NCBI GenBank assembly: GCA_040755615.1
Contig: JBFMAL010000008.1
Coordinates: 4,693-68,692 of the forward strand
Origin: Bacillota bacterium
GTDB lineage: Bacteria; Bacillota; Sulfobacillia; DUSP01; DYEP01
Length of the DNA: 64,000 nucleotides
Reading direction: 5' to 3'
Position numbers and translations under genes: made by a program. Shown here piece after piece: positions 27,137 through 36,366 of this stretch (its first letter is position 1; the number at the start of each line of letters is the position of its first letter). Below the pieces are notes generated by a model that had not been told where the DNA came from, did not search any database, and saw only the letters and a program-made list of their open reading frames with translations.

Positions 27137-28030
27137 TTGGAGCTTTCAAAGATTACTGAAGGAGTCTACGCCGTGCTGGGAAGCACGACTGTGGCGGGTG
27201 TCGTCTGTAACCCTGACAGAGAGGCGTTGCTTGTGGATACGGGCCTTGACGAGTCGGCGGCAAGAAAGCTCACCAGGATACTGGGTGAGGCAGGCATGGT
27301 GATACGGTGGATCTTCAACACTCACGCCCATGCCGACCATTTTGGCGGAAACCGTTTCATCGTGGAGCGCACAGGGGCGAAGGTGTACGCCCCGGCGCTT
27401 GAAGCTGGGGTGATCCAGTGTCCTGTGCTTGAACCGATGTACCTCTACGGCGGGGCCATGCCCCCACGAAACTTGCGGAACAAGTTTCTTGAGGCCGAAG
27501 CCTCGACAGTCACTGAGGTGGCATACCGTGGGCCGATGCGCATCGGGGGAATCGAACTTGAGGTCGTGCCGCTTCCGGGACACAGTATAAATCAGATGGG
27601 CTTGGCCCTGAAAGGAGTGTTATTCTGCGGTGACGCATTCCTCAGCGAAAGTACCATGGCCAAGCACGGCGTGCCTTTCAACGTGGACATCCAGGCGCAC
27701 CTTCGCACGCTAGATTTTCTCGCAGGGCAGGACATCACGCTGGTATGCGCACACGGCAGCATTTACAGGGACCCAAAGAGTATTATCGCTGCGAACCGGC
27801 AACGCGTGTATGAAACGGCAGACGCAGTGCTTCAGTTGCTCGAAAGCCCGTGCAAGACGGATGAGATCATGCGGCTCACCTGTGAGAAGTTCGGCGTCTC
27901 GATACAGGCGCCCAGCCAGTACTACCTGATGAAATGCGCAGTATCTGCCATCCTGACCTACCTTTTTAACCAGGGGCAGCTCTCGATGGCGGTTGAGCAG
28001 GGGACGCTGCTATGGCATAGGAAGACTTAG
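27137..28030 (+). CDS. MBL-fold metallo-hydrolase
   Basis: ...IFNTHAHADHFGGN... (HxHxDH), later ...PGHS.... Start assigned to TTG at 27137 after AAGGAGA. The start is uncertain. Confidence 0.7.
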   Translation: MELSKITEGVYAVLGSTTVAGVVCNPDREALLVDTGLDESAARKLTRILGEAGMVIRWIFNTHAHADHFGGNRFIVERTGAKVYAPALEAGVIQCPVLEPMYLYGGAMPPRNLRNKFLEAEASTVTEVAYRGPMRIGGIELEVVPLPGHSINQMGLALKGVLFCGDAFLSESTMAKHGVPFNVDIQAHLRTLDFLAGQDITLVCAHGSIYRDPKSIIAANRQRVYETADAVLQLLESPCKTDEIMRLTCEKFGVSIQAPSQYYLMKCAVSAILTYLFNQGQLSMAVEQGTLLWHRKT

Positions 28031-28054
28031 CCTATTACCGGGAGCTGATCGATT

Positions 28055-29038
28055 GTGAAAGTAGTTGTAACCGAGCACGTATTCACAGACCTCAACATCA
28101 CTGAAGAAGTGCTTGCGCCGACTGGGGCTGAGCTGGTGTTTGTGCCCGATCCGACTCCGGCCGTCGTGCTGTCGCATGCCAAAGACGCTGATGCACTGCT
28201 TGTATGCTGGACGCCCATAGGCAGGGAAATCATCTCAGGCCTTGAAAGGTGCCGTGCCATTGTCCGATTTGGCATTGGCGTCAACAACATTGATATTGCT
28301 TCTGCCACGTCCGCCGGCATTATCGTAGCGAATGTGCCGGATTACTGCATTGACGAGGTGTCCGACCACGCGCTGGCGCTTCTTTTATGCGCTGCCAGAA
28401 AGGTCATACCCATGGACAGGAGCGTCCGCAGCGGTACCTGGGACCACAGGCTGTTTTCGCCAGTTTTTAGGTTCCGGGGCAAGCGAGCGGGGCTTCTGGG
28501 CTTCGGCCGGATACCGAGGTGCCTTGCTGGGAAACTCAAGGCACTAGGCATGCAAGTAGTCGCATTCGACCCTTATGTAAAGTCCGAGGACGCCGCAGAT
28601 GCAGGGGTCTCTCTGGTTGGACTTGAAGAGCTGCTCCGTACCTCCGATTACGTCTCAATTCATGCCCCAGCCACGCCGGAGACGCGGCACATCATCAACG
28701 GAGCCACGCTGCGGATGATGAAACCCACGGCGATACTCGTTAACACAGCGCGGGGAGACCTCGTAGACCAGGTGGCGCTGGCAAAAGCACTGAAAGAAGG
28801 GGTAATAGCGGCAGCTGCGCTGGATGTGTTGTGGGACGAAGGCATAAGCCCGGATGACCCGCTGCTTGCATGTGACAACCTGATACTCACGCCTCACGCC
28901 GCGTTTTATTCTGAAGAATCGTCCGCGGAGCTCCAAAGAAAAGGTGCCGAGCAGGCGCGCATGGCACTTGAAGGTAAAGTCCCCGTCTATACGCTGAATA
29001 AGGAGATCGCGGAACGCTGGCTGAAGCGCTGGGGTTGA
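28055..29038 (+). CDS. D-isomer-specific 2-hydroxyacid dehydrogenase (NAD-binding; PGDH / CtBP-like)
   Basis: 327 aa. ...AGLLGFGRIPRCLAGKLKALGMQVVAFDP is the NAD Rossmann segment. ...NTARGDLVD... and ...LTPHAAFYSEES are the catalytic Arg/Glu/His region. Confidence 0.85.
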   Translation: MKVVVTEHVFTDLNITEEVLAPTGAELVFVPDPTPAVVLSHAKDADALLVCWTPIGREIISGLERCRAIVRFGIGVNNIDIASATSAGIIVANVPDYCIDEVSDHALALLLCAARKVIPMDRSVRSGTWDHRLFSPVFRFRGKRAGLLGFGRIPRCLAGKLKALGMQVVAFDPYVKSEDAADAGVSLVGLEELLRTSDYVSIHAPATPETRHIINGATLRMMKPTAILVNTARGDLVDQVALAKALKEGVIAAAALDVLWDEGISPDDPLLACDNLILTPHAAFYSEESSAELQRKGAEQARMALEGKVPVYTLNKEIAERWLKRWG

Positions 29039-29083
29039 CGTCCAGCGTTTATCTCCAAGAAACAAGAATGCGAGGTGATTACC

Positions 29084-29464
29084 ATGTACATCACCCATCT
29101 GTCAAGTATCCCAGAGGAAAGCCTGAAACCCGGCGAAAACCCAGCGGTCGCCCCCGGTACGGTCCGGTGGCTGATCGCGGAGACTGACGGAGCGCCCACG
29201 TTTGAGATGAGGTGCTTCACGCTGAGGTCATGCGGCACCACCCCCTGGCACAGTCACCCGTGGGAGCACGAAGTGTTCGTCTTGTCCGGCAAAGGCTACA
29301 TCAGGAGCGAAGTGGGCGAGCAAGAGCTCCGTCACGGCCATGCCGTGCTGGTAAGTCCCAGCGAGTGGCACCAGTTCAGGGCGGGTGAAGAGGGGGAGTT
29401 CACCTTCATCTGCATAGTTCCAAAAGGCACGCGGGCCTGCTCCCTGGATCCGGGCAAGCGCTAG
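29084..29464 (+). CDS. Cupin-domain protein
   Basis: About 126 aa. ...WHSHPWEHEVFVLSGKGYI...GHAVLVSPSEWHQF is the cupin two-His motif pair. ATG at 29084 after GAGGTGA. Confidence 0.7.
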   Translation: MYITHLSSIPEESLKPGENPAVAPGTVRWLIAETDGAPTFEMRCFTLRSCGTTPWHSHPWEHEVFVLSGKGYIRSEVGEQELRHGHAVLVSPSEWHQFRAGEEGEFTFICIVPKGTRACSLDPGKR

Positions 29465-29644
29465 GCCGGACCGCCTTCGCAGGTTGTCCGCAAAGACAAA
29501 TCGGTGTCTGCAAAGTTGGCACAGATAACAAAGGATATAGATGGCGGGCGATAGAAGTCTGATACGATTTGAGCCGGAGGGAGGAAATCCGTTGGGGTAG
29601 ACAGCGAGTATGGCAGGCTGCTTCACGTTGCGTTATGCGAGCCT

Positions 29645-30433
29645 TTGCACTTTCGTATTGAAACCGCGATCAATGAGATCCAGAAGAAATTCTTGGAATC
29701 CGAAAAGCCTGACGCCATACGGGCGGCTTCTGAGCACTCTGCGTTCTCCAGTCACCTTGAGGAGCTCGGCGTGAAGGTGGTTCGGATACCCCCCGCAAAA
29801 GCCCATCCATATCAGGTGAACACGAGAGACATAGGCGTGTCGGGGCCAGACGGCGTGGTGCTGGGCAAGTTCAGGTTCGATATAAGGCGGGGTGAAATAG
29901 ACATTTCTGAGCGCGCTCTATCTCAGGCAAACGTGCGCATCGTGGGCCGAACGACGCGCTGCTTCGAGGGCGGGGACTTTGTGTACATAGGTCCTGGTAA
30001 GGCCGCGCTTGGCGTGGGGGTCAGGACAGACCCGGATGTTGTAGAAGAACTTACCCGCCTACTTCAAGTTGACATTGTGACAGTGTCTTTTGCTGAAGAA
30101 TTCCTTCATCTTGACATGGTGTTTAACTGTGTCGCCCCGGGCATCTGTGTGCGCTGCCCTGATGCTCTGCCCGGCGACTTCCTTTCCTACATTGATTCGC
30201 TCGGATTCGATTCCATTGAAGTGACAAAGGAGGACGTGTTTAACCACGCATGTAACCTCCTTGCACTCGCTCCCTTTCACGTGGTCGCACCGAGGGAACA
30301 CCCGTATGTGACAAAAGCTCTGCGCGCTCGCGGGGTCCGCGTGGACGTGATCGACCTCACCGAAATCACAAAAAGCGGTGGAGGGCCTCGCTGCATATCT
30401 TTCCCGATCGCCCGGGAACCGTGTAGCACGTGA
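29645..30433 (+). CDS. Pentein-fold amidinohydrolase resembling N(G),N(G)-dimethylarginine dimethylaminohydrolase (DDAH) / amidinotransferase family
   Basis: FEGGDFVYIGPG...GVRTD, LHLDMVFN and C-terminal KSGGGPRCISFPI (catalytic Cys) align with DDAH motifs. The reading frame is open upstream to 29573 (..VDSEYGRLLHVALCEP.., conserved N-terminal region) with no canonical start codon; the annotated TTG start is probably too short. Confidence 0.7.
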   Translation: MHFRIETAINEIQKKFLESEKPDAIRAASEHSAFSSHLEELGVKVVRIPPAKAHPYQVNTRDIGVSGPDGVVLGKFRFDIRRGEIDISERALSQANVRIVGRTTRCFEGGDFVYIGPGKAALGVGVRTDPDVVEELTRLLQVDIVTVSFAEEFLHLDMVFNCVAPGICVRCPDALPGDFLSYIDSLGFDSIEVTKEDVFNHACNLLALAPFHVVAPREHPYVTKALRARGVRVDVIDLTEITKSGGGPRCISFPIAREPCST

Positions 30434-30599
30434 GTTTACGGCCAAGGTATTCTCTGGCCGCATGACTTTGTCGAAATAGGATACGCACCGCGCCGCTAAC
30501 CCTGCTTGATTAGCGGTACGGAGGGGGTGGGACAGTACACGGACATCTAGGTGACAGCGTCTCTTTTCCGGTTTGGAAAAACTCAATGGAGGTGGTCCA

Positions 30600-31958
30600 A
30601 TGAACAAAGGTAAAGGCGGTTATAAGGTCGAGCCGGCTCGCTTTTGGAAGTTCTTGATCCCGTCCGTTATCGGTATTCTCATCTATATCGTACCCCTTCC
30701 ATGGAAAGGCGCCTTCAGCATCGTCGTAGGCATGATGGCGGACACGCTAGAAAAGACTTTCTCCAATGTAGTCCCTTACTTCATTACGACTGTGATCTGC
30801 CTGTCAGCCCTTATTGCGCTTTTTACTCGCCTGGCAAAACCCAAGGCGATCCTAGACAATGCCTACCTGAACAAGCTGTTCAACACAACGCCGTTCTGGC
30901 TCACTTTCAGGTGCGTAGGCGCGGTGTTCGCGGTCATGACATTGTTTAAGATCGGACCGGAGTTTATCTGGCACGCCAATACGGGCGGCCTCATGCTTCA
31001 TGTACTCTTACAGGTACTTACGTTCTGGTTCCTAGCTGCAGGCTTCTTCCTCCCGCTGCTCACGGACTTCGGAGCCATGGACTATGTGGGCACGCTGCTC
31101 CGGCCCGCATTCCGACCCCTGTTTACCATCCCGGGGAGGTCGGCCATCGATGCAACGGCGTCCTTCATCGGCAGCGCGCCCATCGGCGTGGTGATCACCA
31201 ACCGCCAGTACGTGGGCGGGTTTTATACCCTGAGAGAAGCGGCTGTCATCGCGACGTGCTTCTCAATCGTATCGCTACCCTTTAACCTGGTTGTGGCAGG
31301 ATTCCTCGATCTTATGCACCTATTCCCTAAGTGGTACCTGACGGTCATCATCGTCACCGTGGTGAACGCCATAGTCCTCCCGAGGATCTACCCCCTCAAC
31401 AAGAAGCCAGATTCATACCACCCAGTCACAGGAAAACGCGTTGAGGAGGAGATCCCTGCGGGCCTCTCTATGAACGCGTGGGCTCTGCAGAACGCAATGA
31501 AGAGGGCTGACGAGGTAGAGTCCTGGATGCACGTACCGAGAGAAGGCACAAAGATCGTGCTCGACGTGTGGTTCGGAGTGGAGCCCTTGGTCATGGCCTG
31601 GGGTACCATCGCCCTAGTCATCGCTGAGTTTACCCCGTTCTTCAACTGGATCTCTACGCCGTTTGCCTATTACTTACAGCTCTTGCAGGTACCTGAAGCG
31701 GTGGCAGCTGCACCGGCAGCTCTTGTAGGTTTTGCCGACATGTTCCTCCCTGCCATCCTTATCAAGGGGCTGCCAGAGCTGACCAGGTTCATCCTAGGCG
31801 TGCTGTCTATCACCCAGCTGATCTACATGACGGAAGTAGGCGCCATCCTGCTTCAGTCTGATATGAAGATCTCGTTGTGGGACCTTGTCGTCATATTCCT
31901 CGAGAGAACCATACTATCGCTGCCCCTCATCACTCTCGCAGCGGCTATACTGCTTTGA
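30600..31958 (+). CDS. YjiH/YjiG-type nucleoside-recognition (Gate) domain membrane protein, putative substrate permease
   Basis: About 452 aa, polytopic. Architecture matches the YjiH family (two Gate domains), which is often adjacent to amidohydrolase genes. ATG at 30600 after GGAGGTGG. Confidence 0.7.
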   Translation: MNKGKGGYKVEPARFWKFLIPSVIGILIYIVPLPWKGAFSIVVGMMADTLEKTFSNVVPYFITTVICLSALIALFTRLAKPKAILDNAYLNKLFNTTPFWLTFRCVGAVFAVMTLFKIGPEFIWHANTGGLMLHVLLQVLTFWFLAAGFFLPLLTDFGAMDYVGTLLRPAFRPLFTIPGRSAIDATASFIGSAPIGVVITNRQYVGGFYTLREAAVIATCFSIVSLPFNLVVAGFLDLMHLFPKWYLTVIIVTVVNAIVLPRIYPLNKKPDSYHPVTGKRVEEEIPAGLSMNAWALQNAMKRADEVESWMHVPREGTKIVLDVWFGVEPLVMAWGTIALVIAEFTPFFNWISTPFAYYLQLLQVPEAVAAAPAALVGFADMFLPAILIKGLPELTRFILGVLSITQLIYMTEVGAILLQSDMKISLWDLVVIFLERTILSLPLITLAAAILL

Positions 31959-31986
31959 AAACCAAACCTGCTAGCTAATAGAGAAC

Positions 31987-32016
31987 AAAAGCTCCCGGAA
32001 CACGGGGGCTTTTGTC
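31987..32016 (+). terminator. Rho-independent terminator after the permease gene
   Basis: AAAGCTCCCG-GAACA-CGGGGGCTTT hairpin followed by TTTTGT. Confidence 0.55.
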
Positions 32017-32315
32017 GCTTAGAATTCAGAGGCAAGTTAGTGCAATGTAAAAGGTACGAACCGCGTGACTTTCGGTGCACGTGCGCTCGCACGCAGCCGT
32101 GCACTCACCTCACGCGTGCCCACTCTTGATTACGAGAATAGAGAAAGGTGCGCATCACGTTGAAAGGATGCCTGCAAGCTCTGGCAGGCTCTTGTTGTGT
32201 CAATCCACGGTCATGAGAGAAACAAGCCGCGCCCGGGAACGACGCAGCCCGCGTTCACATGGAGGAACACAACGCTATTTGAAGAAGTTATCATAATAGG
32301 AGGGAGGGAGACCGT

Positions 32316-34043
32316 GTGTCCATCAGTGTGCAAGAAGCCATGCTGCTTGAGCCTTTTCGTCGAGCTCGGTTGATTGCAGGGCAGGGCGGATTGGACCGGC
32401 TGATCAGGTCTGTCACAGTTATGGATACGCCCGATATAGCCAACTGGCTGAAGGGTAACGAGCTGCTCCTCAGCAACATATTTGTCATCCGCGATGATCC
32501 CAAGGCGCAGGTCGCCCTTATCAAAGAGATCGTCAACAAGGGTGCTGCGGCGCTCGGTATAAAGCTGAAGCGGTTCGTTGACAGCATCCCACAGGAAATG
32601 ATTGAACTAGCAGACGAGCTCTGTCTTCCCATTATTGAAATGCCTGTAGACGTCGCGTGGATCGACGTAATCACACCAGTGCTTGGCGAGGTCTTGAACA
32701 GGCAGCTCACCGCGCTCGAGCGGTCAGAAGAGATCCACCGCAGGTTTACGTCAACAGTGTTAAAGGGCGGAGGGCTATCCGCCATTGCGGACAACCTGGC
32801 CGAACTGATCAGGTTTTCGGTGACAATTACTGACGCGGCGTTCACTGTGTTGGCGGAAGCTGGCGCAGGCGCGGCCGTACCGGGCGGGTTCGTGCCTCTT
32901 GGTGATTTGGTAAGACATCTTGAAGAAGCTACCGAAGTGAAGACACCGCTAGGCCACAGCTTCTTCAGGGTAAGACTGAATGGCGTCGATTGTCTGTGCT
33001 GTCCGGTAAAGGCAGAGCAGGACCTCTACGGCTACCTGCTAGTGTGGTTGCCCGCAGAGGCGGAGGTGACCGAACGAGACACAGTGGCCATAGAGCACGG
33101 GCTCACCGTCACCGCACTGGAGATGGTGAAACGCCAGGCCGTCTCCGAAGTGGCGCGGAGATTTCAGAACAACTTCATCCTTGATCTTCTCACAGGCAAC
33201 ATGGAGTCGCGCGAGACAGTCATAGGTAGGGGTAAATCGTTCGGCTGGAATCTTGAGGTCCCATACTGGCTTATGATACTTGACATTGACGAGTTTGAGC
33301 GATTCTACCTGAATCAGACCAGAGCTGACGATCACCGGGCACAGAGAGTCCGGGAACAATTCGTGAACAGCGTAAGACGGGCGCTGGTGGATGAAGGGTT
33401 TGGCGAAGAGGCTATGACAATGGATCTGAGCGACAGCGTCACGGTGCTGCTGCCGAAGAAAGATGAACGATGTGACTGCAAAAGTATTGCCTCACGGATC
33501 AAAGACCGCGTGACCCGGGACATGAAGGAAGTCACCGTCTCAGCAGGGATAGGTCGCTTTTACCCGGATATCATGGACTTGAAGCGCTCTTACCGGGAAG
33601 CTAAGCAGGCGCTGACCCTGGGGCGTGCGGTTTGGGGGAGAAACTCAGTGATCCACTTCGATGACCTTGGTGCATACCGCGTGCTTTGCTCCATAACCGA
33701 CCGGGAAGAGTTGCTGGCGTTTCATCACGAGACCATCGTGCCGCTACTTCAATATGACGAGAAAACAGACAGCGACCTCATACGAACGCTCGAAACCTAC
33801 TTCAGCTGCCAAGAGAATATCAAGGCGACGGCGCAGAAGATGTTCATCCACCCGAACACCGTGCGCTACAGGCTGAACAGAATCTCGGACCTGGTGGGCC
33901 TTTCGCTGGAAAGGAGCGAGGATCGGCTGAATCTCCAGATCGGGCTGAAGGTGCACCGCCTGCTCGGCGGCAAACCCCGTGCCTTGTCACAGTTCACTAA
34001 CCAGGACGGGGAATCTTTGGCGAAAAGCACAAAGGAAGCTTGA
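32316..34043 (+). CDS. PucR/CdaR-family transcriptional regulator (C-terminal PucR HTH)
   Basis: 575 aa. C-terminal ...TLETYFSCQENIKATAQKMFIHPNTVRYRLNRISDL is the PucR_C HTH signature. GTG start after GGAGGGAGGGAG. Confidence 0.85.
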   Translation: MSISVQEAMLLEPFRRARLIAGQGGLDRLIRSVTVMDTPDIANWLKGNELLLSNIFVIRDDPKAQVALIKEIVNKGAAALGIKLKRFVDSIPQEMIELADELCLPIIEMPVDVAWIDVITPVLGEVLNRQLTALERSEEIHRRFTSTVLKGGGLSAIADNLAELIRFSVTITDAAFTVLAEAGAGAAVPGGFVPLGDLVRHLEEATEVKTPLGHSFFRVRLNGVDCLCCPVKAEQDLYGYLLVWLPAEAEVTERDTVAIEHGLTVTALEMVKRQAVSEVARRFQNNFILDLLTGNMESRETVIGRGKSFGWNLEVPYWLMILDIDEFERFYLNQTRADDHRAQRVREQFVNSVRRALVDEGFGEEAMTMDLSDSVTVLLPKKDERCDCKSIASRIKDRVTRDMKEVTVSAGIGRFYPDIMDLKRSYREAKQALTLGRAVWGRNSVIHFDDLGAYRVLCSITDREELLAFHHETIVPLLQYDEKTDSDLIRTLETYFSCQENIKATAQKMFIHPNTVRYRLNRISDLVGLSLERSEDRLNLQIGLKVHRLLGGKPRALSQFTNQDGESLAKSTKEA

Positions 34044-34102
34044 CTGCAGTCCGAGAAAATCACGATAGCTTCTTTTTTTCTTTGCAGAACTGGGGGTTGG
34101 AT

Positions 34103-35278
34103 TTGTTGAACTGGGACAAGTACATTTCGAAGGCTAGCGCCGGGCTTTTGGAATTCGGTATAAGGAAGATATTTGAGGCCGCGCAGAAGCTCGAAGCGCA
34201 GGGCTCGCGCATCATCCACCTTGAACTCGGAAGGCCGGACTTTGATACGCCGTGCCACATAAAGAACGCTGCCATCTCAGCGCTGGAGGCAGGTGAGGTA
34301 CACTACACTTCCAATTGGGGCTTGCCCGCCCTGAGGGAGGCCGTCGCATCGTATATCCATCGCAAGACAGGCGTCAGCTACAACCCGCACACCGAGACCC
34401 TCGTGACCGTCGGTGGCAGCGAAGCGGTGTTTCTTGCCTTTGCCGCCCTGCTAGACCCGGGGGATGAAGTGCTGGTGGGCGTTCCCGCGTATCCCACCTA
34501 CCTGAACGTACCTCAATTTTTCGGAGCACGCGTGGTGTTGTTTGAGTGCCCGGAGCAGCTGGATTTCGCGCCCGACCCCGATGACATAAGGAGGAAGGTT
34601 TCAGGAAGGACTAAACTCCTGGTGCTCAACACCCCGAACAACCCGACGGGCAGCGTGTATCCATCCGATATCCTCCAGGAAGTGTGCCGCATCGCGTGTG
34701 AGAACGACCTCATCGTGCTGTCAGACGAGATATACTGCGAGTTGGTTTACGAAGGCGCGCATATTTCGCCCGCAGTCTTTCCCGGCATGAAACAGCGCAC
34801 GCTTATATTAAACGGGCTGTCAAAGACCTATTCAATGACGGGCTGGCGCGTGGGGTACGCTGTGGGGCCTGCCGAGATCCTTACGCCTATGTATAAGGTG
34901 CACCAGTATAACACCGCGTGCGCGCCGTCGTTCTGCCAGATCGGCGCAGTAACCGCGCTTACCTCCGACCAGAGCTGCGTGGATGTTATGCGCGGCGAGT
35001 TCAGGCGCAGGCGGGACTTGATCACGTCCTACCTCAATCAGGTCAAAGGTTTCACCGCCCGCACACCGCAGGGAGCGTTCTATGCCTTTCCCAGGATCTC
35101 GGTCCCTGGTATGAGCGATGTGGAGGTCGCCTTCTATCTCCTTGAGAAGGCGGGAGTGGCTCTCGTGCCGGGGAGCTTCTTTGGTACTCCCGGATTTCTG
35201 AGGCTGTCATATGCCAGTTCTACTGAAAACCTAAAGAGCGCGGGCGAGCGGATCATCGAAGCGATGGCCGCACTGTAG
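34103..35278 (+). CDS. PLP-dependent aminotransferase, class I (aspartate aminotransferase-like)
   Basis: ...LELGRPDFDTP..., ...NTPNNPTG..., ...LSKTYSMTGWRVGY (PLP-Lys), ...PGSFFG...LRLSY. The start is uncertain (TTG 34097 / 34103 / 34106). Confidence 0.85.
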   Translation: MLNWDKYISKASAGLLEFGIRKIFEAAQKLEAQGSRIIHLELGRPDFDTPCHIKNAAISALEAGEVHYTSNWGLPALREAVASYIHRKTGVSYNPHTETLVTVGGSEAVFLAFAALLDPGDEVLVGVPAYPTYLNVPQFFGARVVLFECPEQLDFAPDPDDIRRKVSGRTKLLVLNTPNNPTGSVYPSDILQEVCRIACENDLIVLSDEIYCELVYEGAHISPAVFPGMKQRTLILNGLSKTYSMTGWRVGYAVGPAEILTPMYKVHQYNTACAPSFCQIGAVTALTSDQSCVDVMRGEFRRRRDLITSYLNQVKGFTARTPQGAFYAFPRISVPGMSDVEVAFYLLEKAGVALVPGSFFGTPGFLRLSYASSTENLKSAGERIIEAMAAL

Positions 35279-35399
35279 AGCGCTTCGCAAACCCTGGACG
35301 TTCCGTCTTGTAATTGAGACATGCTGTAAGCAGCCTTTGAGTTCTCCGTTAGGGCGCGTCCATTTTCGCAGATATGAGACGCACGCATAAGAAACGCCA

Positions 35400-35434
35400 G
35401 CATCGGGCAGCTAACGCCTGATGCTTCCTTTTTG
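35400..35434 (+). terminator. Intrinsic terminator after the aminotransferase gene
   Basis: GCATCGGGC / GCCTGATGC stem (9 bp, one G-U) with a 7-nt loop, followed by TTCCTTTTTG. Confidence 0.55.
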
Positions 35435-35490
35435 GTACGGAACGTGCACGTGTGACCCAGTATGAGGCTATATGCGGGGGAGTGTGATCC

Positions 35491-36366
35491 ATGACTCGAA
35501 AACCGATCAAGGTGTCGCTGATACAGGTGCGTTGCACGGACGATACGGTGCATAATCTCGAACGGACCATCCAGTTGGTGAGGCAGGCTTCGCAGGACGG
35601 CGCCCACATCATATGCCTTCAGGAGTTGTTCCAAACACTGTACTTCCCGCAACGGGTTGAGGTGGACAAATACCGCCTGGCTGAGCCCGTTCCCGGCCCG
35701 ACCACCGAGCGTATGCGCGCCCTGGCGGAAGAACTGGGTGTCGTGCTGCTGGTTCCGTTGTACGAATACGCAATGGCCGGCGTGTACTTCAACACCTGCG
35801 TGGTAGTAGATGCCGATGGAAAGGTGCTTGGTAAGATGCGCAAATGTCACATACCTGAAGGACCACAGTACTTCGAAAAATACTACTTCACCCCAGGTGA
35901 TCTGGGCTATCCCGTGTTCCATACCCGGTACGGGCGTATCGGCGTTGGCATCTGCTGGGATGAGTGGTTCCCCGAAGTAGCGCGGATCCTCACTTTGAAA
36001 GGTGCAGAAATCGTGTTTTATCCGTCGGCCATAGGCTCTGAACCTGACCGCCCGGGCTTTGACTCCCGCGAACCCTGGGAGACAGTCATGCGCGGACATG
36101 CCATAGCCAACGGCATCTATGTGGCTGCCGTCAACAGGGTGGGAACTGAGGCGGGGATGAGTTTTTACGGTGGAAGCTTCATCGCCGACCCGCTAGGCAA
36201 CGTGCTCGCCCGCGGCTCCACTACCGACGAGTGCATCGTCAGCGCCGAGGTAGACCTCAGCTGCATCCGCGAGACCAGGGACCTGTTTCAGTTCCTGAGA
36301 GACCGAAGGGTAGACACTTACCGGGATATCTTGAGGATTATGGGAGCGTGTGGAGTGGACAGCTGA
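35491..36366 (+). CDS. Carbon-nitrogen hydrolase family amidase (N-carbamoylputrescine amidase AguB-like)
   Basis: 291 aa. ...ICLQELF (catalytic Glu), ...RKCH (Lys), ...GVGICWDEWFPE (Cys). Strong resemblance to N-carbamoylputrescine amidohydrolases. Confidence 0.85.
   Translation: MTRKPIKVSLIQVRCTDDTVHNLERTIQLVRQASQDGAHIICLQELFQTLYFPQRVEVDKYRLAEPVPGPTTERMRALAEELGVVLLVPLYEYAMAGVYFNTCVVVDADGKVLGKMRKCHIPEGPQYFEKYYFTPGDLGYPVFHTRYGRIGVGICWDEWFPEVARILTLKGAEIVFYPSAIGSEPDRPGFDSREPWETVMRGHAIANGIYVAAVNRVGTEAGMSFYGGSFIADPLGNVLARGSTTDECIVSAEVDLSCIRETRDLFQFLRDRRVDTYRDILRIMGACGVDS

Noticed and set aside
35134-36099. 321-aa minus-strand ORF
   Set aside because: Antisense to the CN-hydrolase gene, which has clear catalytic-triad motifs. 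No family resemblance.
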